DNA of 64,000 bases from Dehalococcoidia bacterium. Lineage in GTDB: Bacteria; Chloroflexota; Dehalococcoidia; Lucifugimonadales; Australimonadaceae. The stretch is from positions 70,556-134,555 of the forward strand of contig DAOUJK010000022.1 in NCBI GenBank assembly GCA_034422795.1, read 5' to 3'. The notes below the pieces were generated by a model, which saw nothing but the letters and a program-made list of their open reading frames with translations, was not told the origin of the DNA and ran no database searches. Position numbers and translations under genes: made by a program. The first letter of the stretch is position 1. Every line of letters begins with the position of its first letter. Below are positions 15,501 through 23,027 of this stretch, piece by piece.

Positions 15501-17050
15501 ACGACCAACTCCGAGGGGTTGGTCAGGGTGCCGTGATTCGTTGACCCCGGGGTGTTGTTGGTTCCGACCGAACGGATCGATACGCTGAAGTTGGATGCCG
15601 TCGAGCCGGATTCGCCGGTCAGCGCCAGTTCCACCGCGGTCAGATTGACCCCGCCCGCGCCGACGGTGAAGGGCTGCGAATGGTCGTGGTCGAATTCATC
15701 TGAACTGAAGCTCGCTGGCGGGACGACAGTGGCCCGCAGGTTGCTGACCAGGGGGGAGATGTTCGTGGCGGTCGTGCTGCTGACGGCCGGCACGTCGTTC
15801 TCCCAGGCGTCCTTCAGCTTGTTGCTGGTGGGCTGCCCGTACTCGGTGGTGACCGTCTGGTCCAGCCTGGGAATGTGGTTAGACACTATCTCGTACCTGA
15901 CCTGCTTGCCGCTGATGACCACCGAGTTCCCTACTGCGGCCACTCGTATGCCGCCGCCGACCCTGTACCCGAACGCTCCATGGGCCGTGCCGGAGTCCTC
16001 CTTCAGGCTGCGGTCGAAGGTCAGGGTCATCCGGTTCCCGTCCACCACGGCGGACGTGAGCGACGGGTCCACGTCGGTCAGGTTGGTGACCGCCTGGTCG
16101 GTGTAGGTGGCCACCTCGTTGCCATCCACGTCCTTCAGCTTGTTGCCGCTGCCGGGCTTGGTGTACCGGGCGGTCACGGTCTGCCCGGAGGTGACGGTGG
16201 GCACAGTCAGGACCGCCCGCTTGCCGCTGACGCTGATGGCGGTGGCGTTCTGGTATGAACCGCTGCCTATCTTGATACCGAACTGGCTGGCCGCGGGCGC
16301 GGCGCTGGAGTCCAGGTAACGGTCGAAGGTGGCGACCAGCTTCGTCCCGTCGATCTCAAGGCTCTCCACCGTCGGGGCGCCGGATTCCTTGGCGCGGCCC
16401 AGCACCTGCATCTTCAACGAGTCATTGAACTGGGTCCAGGTTGTTTCAAGATGAGTGCTTGCCAGCACGCCGTTGGCGATGCTCCAGCCGATCTCCTGGA
16501 AGTCCTCATTGTCGGAATTGGTGCTGCTCACGACGGTAGAGCCGACGCCGGCTGCCGTGGTGGTCAGCACCACGTAGTAGGTGGTCCCCTTGGTCAGCTC
16601 GATTCCGCCTCCGCTGGCGGTGAACGTATGGAATACTGCTTCGGCCGTAGACGCCAGCGTGCCGGACAGGGTCAAGTCGTGGCCGCTTGGGCAGTTGGAG
16701 ACGGGGTTGGAGTCGCTGCCCGTGCAGACCTTCACGTTGAAGGTCGACGCGGTCGTTCCTATGGCGGAGAACCTAATCTTGACGGAGGTCAGCACGTAGC
16801 CGTGCTGGTGGGTACCGGCCGTGAAGGCCTGAGCCATGTCGAAAGTGGCGGCGCCGATGTCTCTTCCAGCACCACCGGTCTGATTGTCGTTGTCGACGAG
16901 GACCTCCTCCGGCGGGGCCGACGAGCTGGATTGCCCCATGACCGGAGCCGGTGCAGAGGAGGAGACGACGAGGGTGGCGAAGAGCACAAGGAGCAGCACC
17001 GCCAGACGGCGCACCGGGAGGGAGGGCCCGTATGACCGGGGGCTGCTCAT
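12584..17050 (-). CDS. very large secreted surface protein with Ig-like and fibronectin type III repeats
   Basis: N-terminal signal or anchor segment RRLAVLLLVLFATLVVSSSAPAP. There are about five FN3 units (e.g. LTWTNPGDSLITKYQYRVSADGGTNWSPNWTDVSGSGAGTTSYTVTGLTNGTTYRIELRAV) and two SbsA/Big-like units. Four copies of an unrecognised ~150-aa module are also present. Confidence 0.85.
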   Translation of the reverse strand: MSSPRSYGPSLPVRRLAVLLLVLFATLVVSSSAPAPVMGQSSSSAPPEEVLVDNDNQTGGAGRDIGAATFDMAQAFTAGTHQHGYVLTSVKIRFSAIGTTASTFNVKVCTGSDSNPVSNCPSGHDLTLSGTLASTAEAVFHTFTASGGGIELTKGTTYYVVLTTTAAGVGSTVVSSTNSDNEDFQEIGWSIANGVLASTHLETTWTQFNDSLKMQVLGRAKESGAPTVESLEIDGTKLVATFDRYLDSSAAPAASQFGIKIGSGSYQNATAISVSGKRAVLTVPTVTSGQTVTARYTKPGSGNKLKDVDGNEVATYTDQAVTNLTDVDPSLTSAVVDGNRMTLTFDRSLKEDSGTAHGAFGYRVGGGIRVAAVGNSVVISGKQVRYEIVSNHIPRLDQTVTTEYGQPTSNKLKDAWENDVPAVSSTTATNISPLVSNLRATVVPPASFSSDEFDHDHSQPFTVGAGGVNLTAVELALTGESGSTASNFSVSIRSVGTNNTPGSTNHGTLTNPSELVVGRNTFTAPSGGIDLDAGTYILYVDSTQSVNLSTQLSTTSSDDEDRGASSGWSIANGRLVRGVGLTTWQTLGSSLMMAIRGGPKASSARKLVGNVVASASFGDNVSRDIHTQFTTGSQSFSLTRAVITVDTLGTPPTTYELELWSTGSGAAKLATFNKPSALAAGLNAFTLTTPESLSASTTYALVWDQGEAASTFRLGRAGNYHEDSDGLTGWSITNGSSRRAHNSTAAFGSPSGSVSRFALYGTETAAGPAAPQGLTAQGGDGQVVLNWTDPSDSTITGYQIRQSTDGGSTWSAWTDVPSSGATTTTHTVSSLTNGTKYTFELRAVAGTDNGAAASVSATPAGQLVKNLNKNIGTAAGTNIVTNDAAQAFTTGSHDAGFKLSYVILGAGGSGTPPGPSGYSVKVCNNDSSGSSHVPGTTCTDLTEPAALSGGGNTFTASGAGIDLTEGTTYWVVFDSASGGSGTFDLRRTDDNGEDSGAASGFTIHDAGLTRARAVTAWSTAHNPQKIGIYGYTKTGPPAPTGLQAAAGDGQVTLTWTNPGNTAISKYQYRQSTDGGTNWPAWTDIPGSGAGTTSHTVGSLTNGTAYTFQVRAVIDQGNTPGTASANVSATPRQQPPAAPSGLSAQAGDTQVRLTWTNPGDSLITKYQYRVSADGGTNWSPNWTDVSGSGAGTTSYTVTGLTNGTTYRIELRAVRGTSNAGPAASVTAVAGVPPPATPTGLRATAGDTQASLRWNNPGNSAISKYQYRVSADGGSSWSPDWTDISGSGATTTSYTVTGLTNGTTYRIELRAVRGTSNAGPSAATSATPGQPPPATPMGLTVTAGQGGITLRWSNPGDSSIVRYEYSLDGSTWIPIPNSGPGTTSYTIAGVTIGSVRLRAVNASGAGSGFLVTSRPVVAGGRLVLVAVYDTVGWRRFESRFGDNCWDEMEAAIAAAQTSSGRTPEGDELALCQRFLAEDIRDVEYVWRVVR
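13098..13685. repeat. two near-identical 294-nt tandem copies (FN3-coding units)
   Basis: GGGCCCGCGTTGCTGGTGCCGCGCAC...CCTGTAGGTGGTGCCGTTGGTCAGGCCGGTCACGGT recurs at 13098 and 13392, a period of 294 nt (98 codons). Confidence 0.8.
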
Positions 17051-17211
17051 CGCGTCAGCCCCCGTGGCGGGATGTGAAGGCTACGCGGGGAGCGAAAGCC
17101 GTAAGCCGCCCGCTTGGAGCCCCAGTACACGGGATCATCTGGTTCCGGGCTAGTGTGACATCGGGACGCGCGGCGGGTCACTCCCGGAAGGGGCGTGTAC
17201 GACGTTGTACC

Positions 17212-17249
17212 CCTATGGAGTGTATAAGTGCATTTATGCACGCTTTGGC
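17212..17249. repeat. lox-like recombination site, left (15-8-15; outer arm degenerate)
   Basis: CCTATGGAGTGTATA-AGTGCATT-TATGCACGCTTTGGC. The spacer is the reverse complement of the right-site spacer. Confidence 0.6.
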
Positions 17250-17312
17250 CTTCCGGCTGTGGACGTGCGTAAGACTTCGACCGTAGAGGAGATAGCCAAT
17301 GCCCCCAATGAC

Positions 17313-18335
17313 ATGCCCGTGCGGGATGGCACGGCCATACCCGGTAACGCCGCCTCTATCGCACTTGGAGCCCCCCCGCAGCGGACCGAAGGCCTGACGG
17401 AATCAGACGCCGGCAACCTGAACGCCGTTCTCGGCCATGAGATGGCCCCTAACACAGCGATGAACTACCGCCTGCAGTGGCGGAGCTTCGTCGCGTGGGC
17501 ATTGAAGAAGGGCGTGCAGGCCCTGCCTGCCGACCCGGGTCAGGTTGCCGCCTACCTGGCGAACCGCCTTGAGGAGCACGGCCACAAGCCCGCGACCCTG
17601 CAGATGGCCGCTGCCGCCATCGCGTACATCCACAGGACCACTGGACTCGTCAATCCCTGCGCCTGGCCGGAGGTCAAGAGGACGCTCAGAAGCGCCATCC
17701 GCAAAGCGGGAAAGGCTCAGAAGCAAGCCCAGGCGCTCACCGCGGAGGCGCTGGCAGCCATCCGGTCAACCGCGCGCGAACCCCGACCTGGGCGAGGTGG
17801 AAGACTGGAGAGTCCCCGCGTCGCCAGGCGCAGGGGAGACCTTGACGTTGCGTTGGTTTCGCTCATGCGCGACGCGATGCTGAGGGTGTCCGAGGCCGCG
17901 GCCCTCCAGTGGAGGGACATCGAGACCGAGTCGGATGGGACGGGACGTCTCCTGATCAGACGCTCCAAGACAGACGTCGACGGAGATGGTGCAGTCGCCT
18001 TCCTGTCCACTCAGACCATGGAGGCGCTGAGCCGGATACGAAACGGCGCACCCGGCTCCGAGAGCGTGTTCGGACTCCGGCCCAACCAGATGGCGCAGCG
18101 CATCAAGAAGGCGGCTCTGGCCGCAGGCCTGGGGGACGGCTTCAGCGGCCACTCTCCCCGAGTGGGTATGGCGCGCGACCTCGCGAGGGCGGGGATCGAG
18201 CTGCCGAGTCTCATGATCGCAGGGCGGTGGCGCACGCCTGGAATGCCGGCCCACTACATCCGCAACGAAACGGCTGGCAAGGGCGCAGTAGCGCAGTTCT
18301 ATCGCCTCAGCGCCCCCGCCTTCAGCGCTACCTGA
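17313..18335 (+). CDS. Cre-like tyrosine site-specific recombinase
   Basis: SGHSPRVGMARDLARAGIELPSLMIAGRWRTPGMPAHYIRNE parallels Cre SGHSARVGAARDMARAGVSIPEIMQAGGWTNVNIVMNYIRN (the His, Arg and Tyr catalytic positions). MLRVSEAAALQWRDI...LLIRRSKTD parallels Cre LLRIAEIARIRVKDI...IHIGRTKT. Start codon uncertain: ATG at 17313 or an upstream GTG. Confidence 0.85.
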   Translation: MPVRDGTAIPGNAASIALGAPPQRTEGLTESDAGNLNAVLGHEMAPNTAMNYRLQWRSFVAWALKKGVQALPADPGQVAAYLANRLEEHGHKPATLQMAAAAIAYIHRTTGLVNPCAWPEVKRTLRSAIRKAGKAQKQAQALTAEALAAIRSTAREPRPGRGGRLESPRVARRRGDLDVALVSLMRDAMLRVSEAAALQWRDIETESDGTGRLLIRRSKTDVDGDGAVAFLSTQTMEALSRIRNGAPGSESVFGLRPNQMAQRIKKAALAAGLGDGFSGHSPRVGMARDLARAGIELPSLMIAGRWRTPGMPAHYIRNETAGKGAVAQFYRLSAPAFSAT

Positions 18336-18358
18336 GGGCAACGTGCGAGGAAAATGTA

Positions 18359-18387
18359 TTGACGTTCGGCTATGGCGAACCTAGGCT
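18359..18387 (+). promoter_or_regulatory. candidate outward-facing promoter inside the cassette
   Basis: TTGACG (18359-18364), a 17-nt spacer, then TAGGCT (18382-18387). It lies downstream of the recombinase stop and points across the right lox-like site. Confidence 0.35.
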
Positions 18388-18408
18388 TACAGGCGTTTTG
18401 GTCGAGGA

Positions 18409-18446
18409 GTAAAAGCGTGCATAAATGCACTTATACACGCTTTTAC
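18409..18446. repeat. lox-like recombination site, right (15-8-15)
   Basis: GTAAAAGCGTGCATA-AATGCACT-TATACACGCTTTTAC. The two arms are reverse complements at 14 of 15 positions around an asymmetric 8-bp spacer. Confidence 0.7.
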
Positions 18447-18827
18447 CTTGTACGCCGGGAGTCCGGGCGGCGGACGGATCACCTGGGATCCCGACCCCTG
18501 TGAGCCCCTCTCCTGGTCGACCTGGCACCCCCACTCCGCCTCCCCCTTCCCGCTGGCTGCCTCTCGAGTCCTCCATCCTCTCAGCCCCTCCATATCGTTA
18601 AACGACCGGGACGTGCAGACGGATGCGAAGACTTGGGTTCCCCATGCCTCGATTCTTCTCCGCTGATCGCGGGTCCAAGGGAGAACAGGTTCCTCCTCTC
18701 CCCTACGCATCCCGTCATGTGGCAGCGTTCCGCCGGGCATCTGACACCAGGCCCTTGACCTGCGCAAAGAACTAGTCAGACCATCGCCCTATAGCAACCG
18801 CAGAAGACACGAAGGAGCACTCCCGAC

Positions 18828-20657
18828 ATGACCGAACGACAGAACCCCACCACTGCAGCCCTCTACGCGCGGGTCTCCAGCGATAGGCAGGACGTCGACC
18901 TCTCCGTCGCCGCCCAACTCAGAGCCCTCAGGGACTACGCGCAGAAGAACAACGTCGCCGTCGTCCGCGAGTACATCGACGAGGCAGAGAGCGGGCGCGT
19001 CGCTGACCGGCCTCAGTTCCGCCGCATGATCGACGAGGGCAGCAAGACCAGCTCACCCTTCGAGGTCATCCTCGTCTGGAAGTTCTCACGCTTCACTCGC
19101 AAGCGCGAGCACGCCGTGGCATTCAAGTCCATGCTCCGCAAGAAGGGCATCAGGGTCGTCTCCATCACCGAGCACGCAGACGACACCCCCACCGGCAAGC
19201 TCATGGAGGCCATCATCGAGTCCGTCGACGAGTTCTACTCGGAGAACCTCGCCCAGGAGGTCATCCGGGGGATGCGCGAGGCGGCCTCGCGCGGCTTCTG
19301 GGTTGCACCCCAAGCTCCCTACGGCTACAGGAAGGTCCACGTGCAGGACGGCGCCAAGAAGCGCCCTGTGCTGGAGCTCGACCCGCCCGCCGACGCCGTG
19401 GTCAGGCGCATCTTCAGCATGGCGCTCAGCAGCACGAGCGTCCTCGACATCACCAAGACCCTCAACGCCGAAGGCGTCCCCTCCCCGGACGGCAAGCGGT
19501 GGATGAAGACCACCGTCCACCGCATGCTCGGCAATGAGGCATACGCGGGAACCCTCGTCTGGGGAACCACCGCGAAGGACAACACGCCTCCCGTCCGCGT
19601 CGAGAAGGCGTTCCCCGCCATCGTCTCCCAGCGGGAGTTCAAGCGGGTGGAGAAGATGCTGCGCTCCAAGGCCCCGAAGGTCACGAATCCCCGCCGCGTT
19701 GCCAGTCCTTACCTCCTCAGCGGCCTCCTCACCTGCCAGACGTGCGGCAAGGCCCTCACTGCGGCAGAGGCCAAGGGCGGCAGGTACACCTACTACGTCT
19801 GCCACTCCCTCCTCAAGCGCGGGAGCGGCGAGTGCACAACCCCGCGCCTCAACGCCAAGCGCTTCGAGCGGCTCATCATCGACCAGATCAGGGAGCACAT
19901 CCTCACCGAGTCCAACGTCCGCGACCTCGTGAAGATGGCCAACGAGGAGATGGACTCCGTCATCAGGGAGCAGCAGGAGCGTGTCGAGGCAGCCGACGCC
20001 GAGCTCGCCGACATCCGCAGGCGCATGGACCGCCTCTGGGAGCTGGTCGAGAAGACCGACCTCACCATGGAGGAGATCCTCCCGCGCATCCGGCATCACC
20101 TGGAGAACCAGGAGCGGCTGGAGCGGGCGGCCGACGAGGCGCGAGCCCTGATGGCCCTGCGCAGGGCCAATGTCCAGGACGTGGAGCGGGTCGCGGCCTA
20201 CGCCAGGGAGATGAGCGATTTCCTGATGGAGAGCGACCTCACCGAGACAAAGGCCTTCATCCGGTCGTTCGTCAAGGAGATCGCGGTCCGGCCCGGCAGG
20301 GCAACGATCCACTACACGATCCCCACCCCGTTGGACAACGACATCGGCGGTGCGGACGTCGCGGAGATCGCCCTCAGCCGCCGAGTTATGAGTTCGGTAA
20401 CGTCTGGTGGGGAAGGGGAGACTCGAACTCCCACGCCACTTGGGCACATGATCCTAAATCATGCGCGTCTGCCATTCCGCCACTTCCCCCGGACGTATCG
20501 TACCGCAGTCAGCCGGCTACTATCGCGGACGCCTGCGGCGGCGCGGCGGACGCCGCCGCGCGGGCGGCGGAGGCGGCTCTTCCTCCGGGGGCGCCTCCAC
20601 AAACCTGACCTCATCGCTCTCCCTCTGCTGCGCTCCGGGCACGGGCGCATTCAGTGA
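18828..20657 (+). CDS. large serine recombinase (resolvase + recombinase + zinc-ribbon + coiled coil)
   Basis: N-terminus TAALYARVSSDRQDVDLSVAAQLRALRDYA...DRPQFRRMI carries the catalytic Ser. Zinc ribbon: CQTCGKALT...YYVCHS...GECT. GAAGGAG RBS upstream. The last ~85 codons are antisense to tRNA-Leu and its flank and probably are not native to the protein. Confidence 0.85.
   Translation: MTERQNPTTAALYARVSSDRQDVDLSVAAQLRALRDYAQKNNVAVVREYIDEAESGRVADRPQFRRMIDEGSKTSSPFEVILVWKFSRFTRKREHAVAFKSMLRKKGIRVVSITEHADDTPTGKLMEAIIESVDEFYSENLAQEVIRGMREAASRGFWVAPQAPYGYRKVHVQDGAKKRPVLELDPPADAVVRRIFSMALSSTSVLDITKTLNAEGVPSPDGKRWMKTTVHRMLGNEAYAGTLVWGTTAKDNTPPVRVEKAFPAIVSQREFKRVEKMLRSKAPKVTNPRRVASPYLLSGLLTCQTCGKALTAAEAKGGRYTYYVCHSLLKRGSGECTTPRLNAKRFERLIIDQIREHILTESNVRDLVKMANEEMDSVIREQQERVEAADAELADIRRRMDRLWELVEKTDLTMEEILPRIRHHLENQERLERAADEARALMALRRANVQDVERVAAYAREMSDFLMESDLTETKAFIRSFVKEIAVRPGRATIHYTIPTPLDNDIGGADVAEIALSRRVMSSVTSGGEGETRTPTPLGHMILNHARLPFRHFPRTYRTAVSRLLSRTPAAARRTPPRGRRRRLFLRGRLHKPDLIALPLLRSGHGRIQ
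20405..20489 (-). tRNA. tRNA-Leu (anticodon TAG), class II, CCA encoded
   Basis: Manual fold of GGGGAAG-TG-GCGGAATGGCAGACGC-G-CATGA-TTTAGGA-TCATG-TGCCCAAGTGGCGT-GGGAG-TTCGAGT-CTCCC-CTTCCCC-A-CCA. It has a 7-bp acceptor stem, a 5-bp anticodon stem, a long variable arm and a TTCGAGT T-loop. Confidence 0.9.
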
Positions 20658-21188
20658 GGTAGCGGGCGCCGCCGGAGGCTGAGCGCGAAGAAAGACAAGC
20701 GCAAGCAGCACCATGAGCGGGTGGACCAGGGGCAACCCGCCGGTGAACAGGTACAGAAAGCCGGCGCCCACGCCTCCCGTGGACCACCACATGGCCTTCA
20801 ACCCCTTGCGGCGCGCCATCAGGGGAATGAGCCCAACGGACCCGACGAGCAGACCGATGAGCACAACCACTCCCATGGTGGATAGCATCCCCCTTTGCGC
20901 CGGAGGGTCTTCGGCCGCGTCGTCAGGAGCGTCGGTTGAATCTTCCTCCGAGGTCTCTTCCGAGGCCGCAGCGCCTTCCGAAACCCCGGTAGCCCCTTCT
21001 CCCTCCGCCATAGGCTCAACAAACGCCAGAGGCAGGGCGAAGATAAGAGCCGCGCTGGTCACTATGGCCAGAGGCCAGGCGTACAGCGGATGCATGGAGA
21101 AGAGGAATGGTGTCCTTTGCTGCATGTCTGAAGCGTACACGAACGCGCCCTCACTTGACACCGGGAGCACACGCTCGCACGATACCAA
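20520..21188 (-). CDS. hypothetical membrane protein with acidic linker and Arg/Pro-rich tail
   Basis: TM-like segments: LYAWPLAIVTSAALIFALPLAFV, MGVVVLIGLLVGSVGLIPLMA, GVGAGFLYLFTGGLPLVHPLMVLLALVFL. Start uncertain (Met at 21188, 21125 or 21095). Confidence 0.5.
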   Translation of the reverse strand: MVSCERVLPVSSEGAFVYASDMQQRTPFLFSMHPLYAWPLAIVTSAALIFALPLAFVEPMAEGEGATGVSEGAAASEETSEEDSTDAPDDAAEDPPAQRGMLSTMGVVVLIGLLVGSVGLIPLMARRKGLKAMWWSTGGVGAGFLYLFTGGLPLVHPLMVLLALVFLRAQPPAAPATSLNAPVPGAQQRESDEVRFVEAPPEEEPPPPPARRRPPRRRRRPR

Positions 21189-21214
21189 CGCGCGCCCTGT
21201 CGGGGCGTATTTTC

Positions 21215-22057
21215 ATGACGGAGGAGACGATGAGCGTAGATCTGGGCGGCATAAAGATAGAGAACGCCGAAGAGAAGTTCGTGGAGATGAGCCACGGCAC
21301 GACCCGCTATATCGAGGCGGGCGACGGCTATCCCACCATCCTCGTGCACGGTGTCGGCTACACGAGCGGCGCTCACGACTGGATGCTGAACATCGGGCCG
21401 CTCTCCAGCAAGCTACGGGTCATCGCGGTCGATGCGCTTGCGTGGGGCAAGGGCGAGGGCTGGCTCGAGCAGGAGTACTCGTTCGCGTATCTCGTGGACT
21501 TCCTGCGCGAGTTCCAGGATGCGCTCGGGCTGGAGAAGACCAACCTCGTGGGCCACTCGATGGGCGGATGGCTCGCCTCCCTCTTCGGCTACGAAAGCCC
21601 GCACCGGCTCAACAAACTCGTCCTCGTTGCCAGCGGCGGAGCGATGCCGCGCCAGTTGCCGAGCATGGTGCAGTTCCAGCCCCCATCACGCGACCAGATC
21701 CTCAGCAGCCTGCGGACCAGGGTGAACGCGGACGTTGACCTGGAAGCGATGGCCGACTACCACTACGCTCTTGCCCAGAACCCTGAGCGGCTCGCCGCCT
21801 ACCAGCGCGTACTCAACCACATGAACAACATGGAGACGCGCCGCCGCTACAACACGGTCCGCCGCTTCCCACACATCCCCGTTCCCACGCTCGTAGTCTG
21901 GGGCCGGAACGATTCAACGAACGCCCTGGAGATGGGAGAGATGACCCACGCCGGCATCCCGGGGTCGAAGATGGCGGTCTTGGAGTGCGACCACTGGGTC
22001 CCGACCGGCGTGCCAGACGAGCTGAACGCAGCGTTACTCGACTTCCTGTCGGACTAG
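21215..22057 (+). CDS. alpha/beta hydrolase (meta-cleavage-product hydrolase-like)
   Basis: ILVHGVG oxyanion region and the nucleophile elbow LVGHSMGG. Confidence 0.8.
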   Translation: MTEETMSVDLGGIKIENAEEKFVEMSHGTTRYIEAGDGYPTILVHGVGYTSGAHDWMLNIGPLSSKLRVIAVDALAWGKGEGWLEQEYSFAYLVDFLREFQDALGLEKTNLVGHSMGGWLASLFGYESPHRLNKLVLVASGGAMPRQLPSMVQFQPPSRDQILSSLRTRVNADVDLEAMADYHYALAQNPERLAAYQRVLNHMNNMETRRRYNTVRRFPHIPVPTLVVWGRNDSTNALEMGEMTHAGIPGSKMAVLECDHWVPTGVPDELNAALLDFLSD

Positions 22058-22098
22058 GGGAGCGCGGACCGGCAAGCGCGCAGGTTCTTCGCGGTCGC

Positions 22099-22461
22099 CT
22101 AGTCAAGCACCTCGACTCGGAAGAGATGGCTGCCGACGACGCGCGCCTCAACCGTATCCAGCGCGTCCTCTTTCGCGAGGATGCGCGTCAGGAGCGCGCG
22201 CTTCTCGTCGACGTCACGAATGAGCGTGGCGCGCGCCCGCAGGTCGCGCTGCACGCTCTGCTTCAGGTGGTAGGTGAACTCCGGGTTCGCGAACAGATTA
22301 GCCGCCCAATCCCGCTTGCCGGGGTTGTTGGAGAGGTACAACTGGCCATCCAACTGGCGCAGCCGTACCTCCTTGCGATGCGGCTTCCCGCTCCTGCGTC
22401 CGGTGGTCGTGATGTCGACGAGCCTGTCGGTTTCCAGTGCCTGGCGTGCTGCGTCGTCCAA
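22099..22461 (-). CDS. deazaflavin (F420)-dependent nitroreductase-family protein
   Basis: VDITTTGRRSGKPHRKEVRL is characteristic of this family. I place the start at TTG (22461), which is preceded by AAGGAG 7 nt upstream. The longer ATG-start ORF would overlap the upstream gene by 67 nt. Confidence 0.65.
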   Translation of the reverse strand: MDDAARQALETDRLVDITTTGRRSGKPHRKEVRLRQLDGQLYLSNNPGKRDWAANLFANPEFTYHLKQSVQRDLRARATLIRDVDEKRALLTRILAKEDALDTVEARVVGSHLFRVEVLD

Positions 22462-22490
22462 GGTGCGGCTCCTTGTGATGGGATATGCGG

Positions 22491-22892
22491 TCAGCTGGCC
22501 ATCGAGCTGGTGATGTAGGTGTGGGTGATTACTTCCCAGACGTGGCCGTTCTCGCATTCGAAGTAGAAGCCGCGACCGTTGTGCTTGTAGTTGATCTCGC
22601 CATCCGTGCGGGAGCCGGGGCCGCTGCCGTACACAACGCCCTCTTCCCTGACGCGCCCCAGGATGTCGTCGAACTCCTGATCTGAGGCGAGGAAGGCGTA
22701 GTGGTTGGAGCGCGGCTTCGCCTCGCCTTCGCGCAGGTCGTCGAAGTCGAGCGTGAGCTTGTCGTTGATCTTCACCGGCGCGAAGTGGCCGTAGGGGCCC
22801 TTGTACTCGAGCCCGAAGATCCGGGCGATGAACTCGGCGGACTTGACCTTGTCGTAGGCGGGAACAATCGTGTGATCCAACTGAAGCGCCAT
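22491..22892 (-). CDS. VOC-family (glyoxalase/bleomycin-resistance/dioxygenase) protein
   Basis: MALQLDHTIVPAYDKVKSAEFIARIFGL...HYAFLASDQEFDDILGRV fits the VOC pattern. Start at the internal Met. Confidence 0.7.
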   Translation of the reverse strand: MALQLDHTIVPAYDKVKSAEFIARIFGLEYKGPYGHFAPVKINDKLTLDFDDLREGEAKPRSNHYAFLASDQEFDDILGRVREEGVVYGSGPGSRTDGEINYKHNGRGFYFECENGHVWEVITHTYITSSMAS

Positions 22893-23027
22893 GACTGACC
22901 TCCCTGTGACTTCCTGATTCGCCCTACAGCATACTCCGAGCGGCAAGCCCGCGCAGCCCACTCCCTGCCGGGCTCCGCGCCCCGGTGTTAGGCTAACGCC
23001 GCGCGGCACAGCGCAGAGGAACGAGCC

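Larger units (their letters stand above)
17211..18447. mobile_element. recombinase cassette bounded by inverted lox-like sites (invertible segment or compact mobile element)
   Basis: A 27-bp exact inverted repeat (17220-17246 vs 18412-18438) encloses only the Cre-like recombinase gene. TTGTAC lies 1 nt outside each site (17205-17210 and 18448-18453). Confidence 0.6.
330..20489. mobile_element. putative integrated genomic island abutting tRNA-Leu(TAG); boundaries approximate
   Basis: The block lies between a housekeeping-type oxidoreductase gene and a tRNA gene. It carries a large serine recombinase next to the tRNA, a Cre-like tyrosine recombinase, a replication-relaxation gene, an XRE regulator, HEPN/NTase and R-M-type genes, and an internal AT-richer segment (judged by eye). 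I found no repeat that defines the left end. Confidence 0.4.

Noticed and set aside
19086-20447. 453-aa minus-strand ORF inside the serine recombinase gene
   Set aside because: It is antisense to a gene with unambiguous resolvase and zinc-ribbon motifs, and its translation has no motifs.
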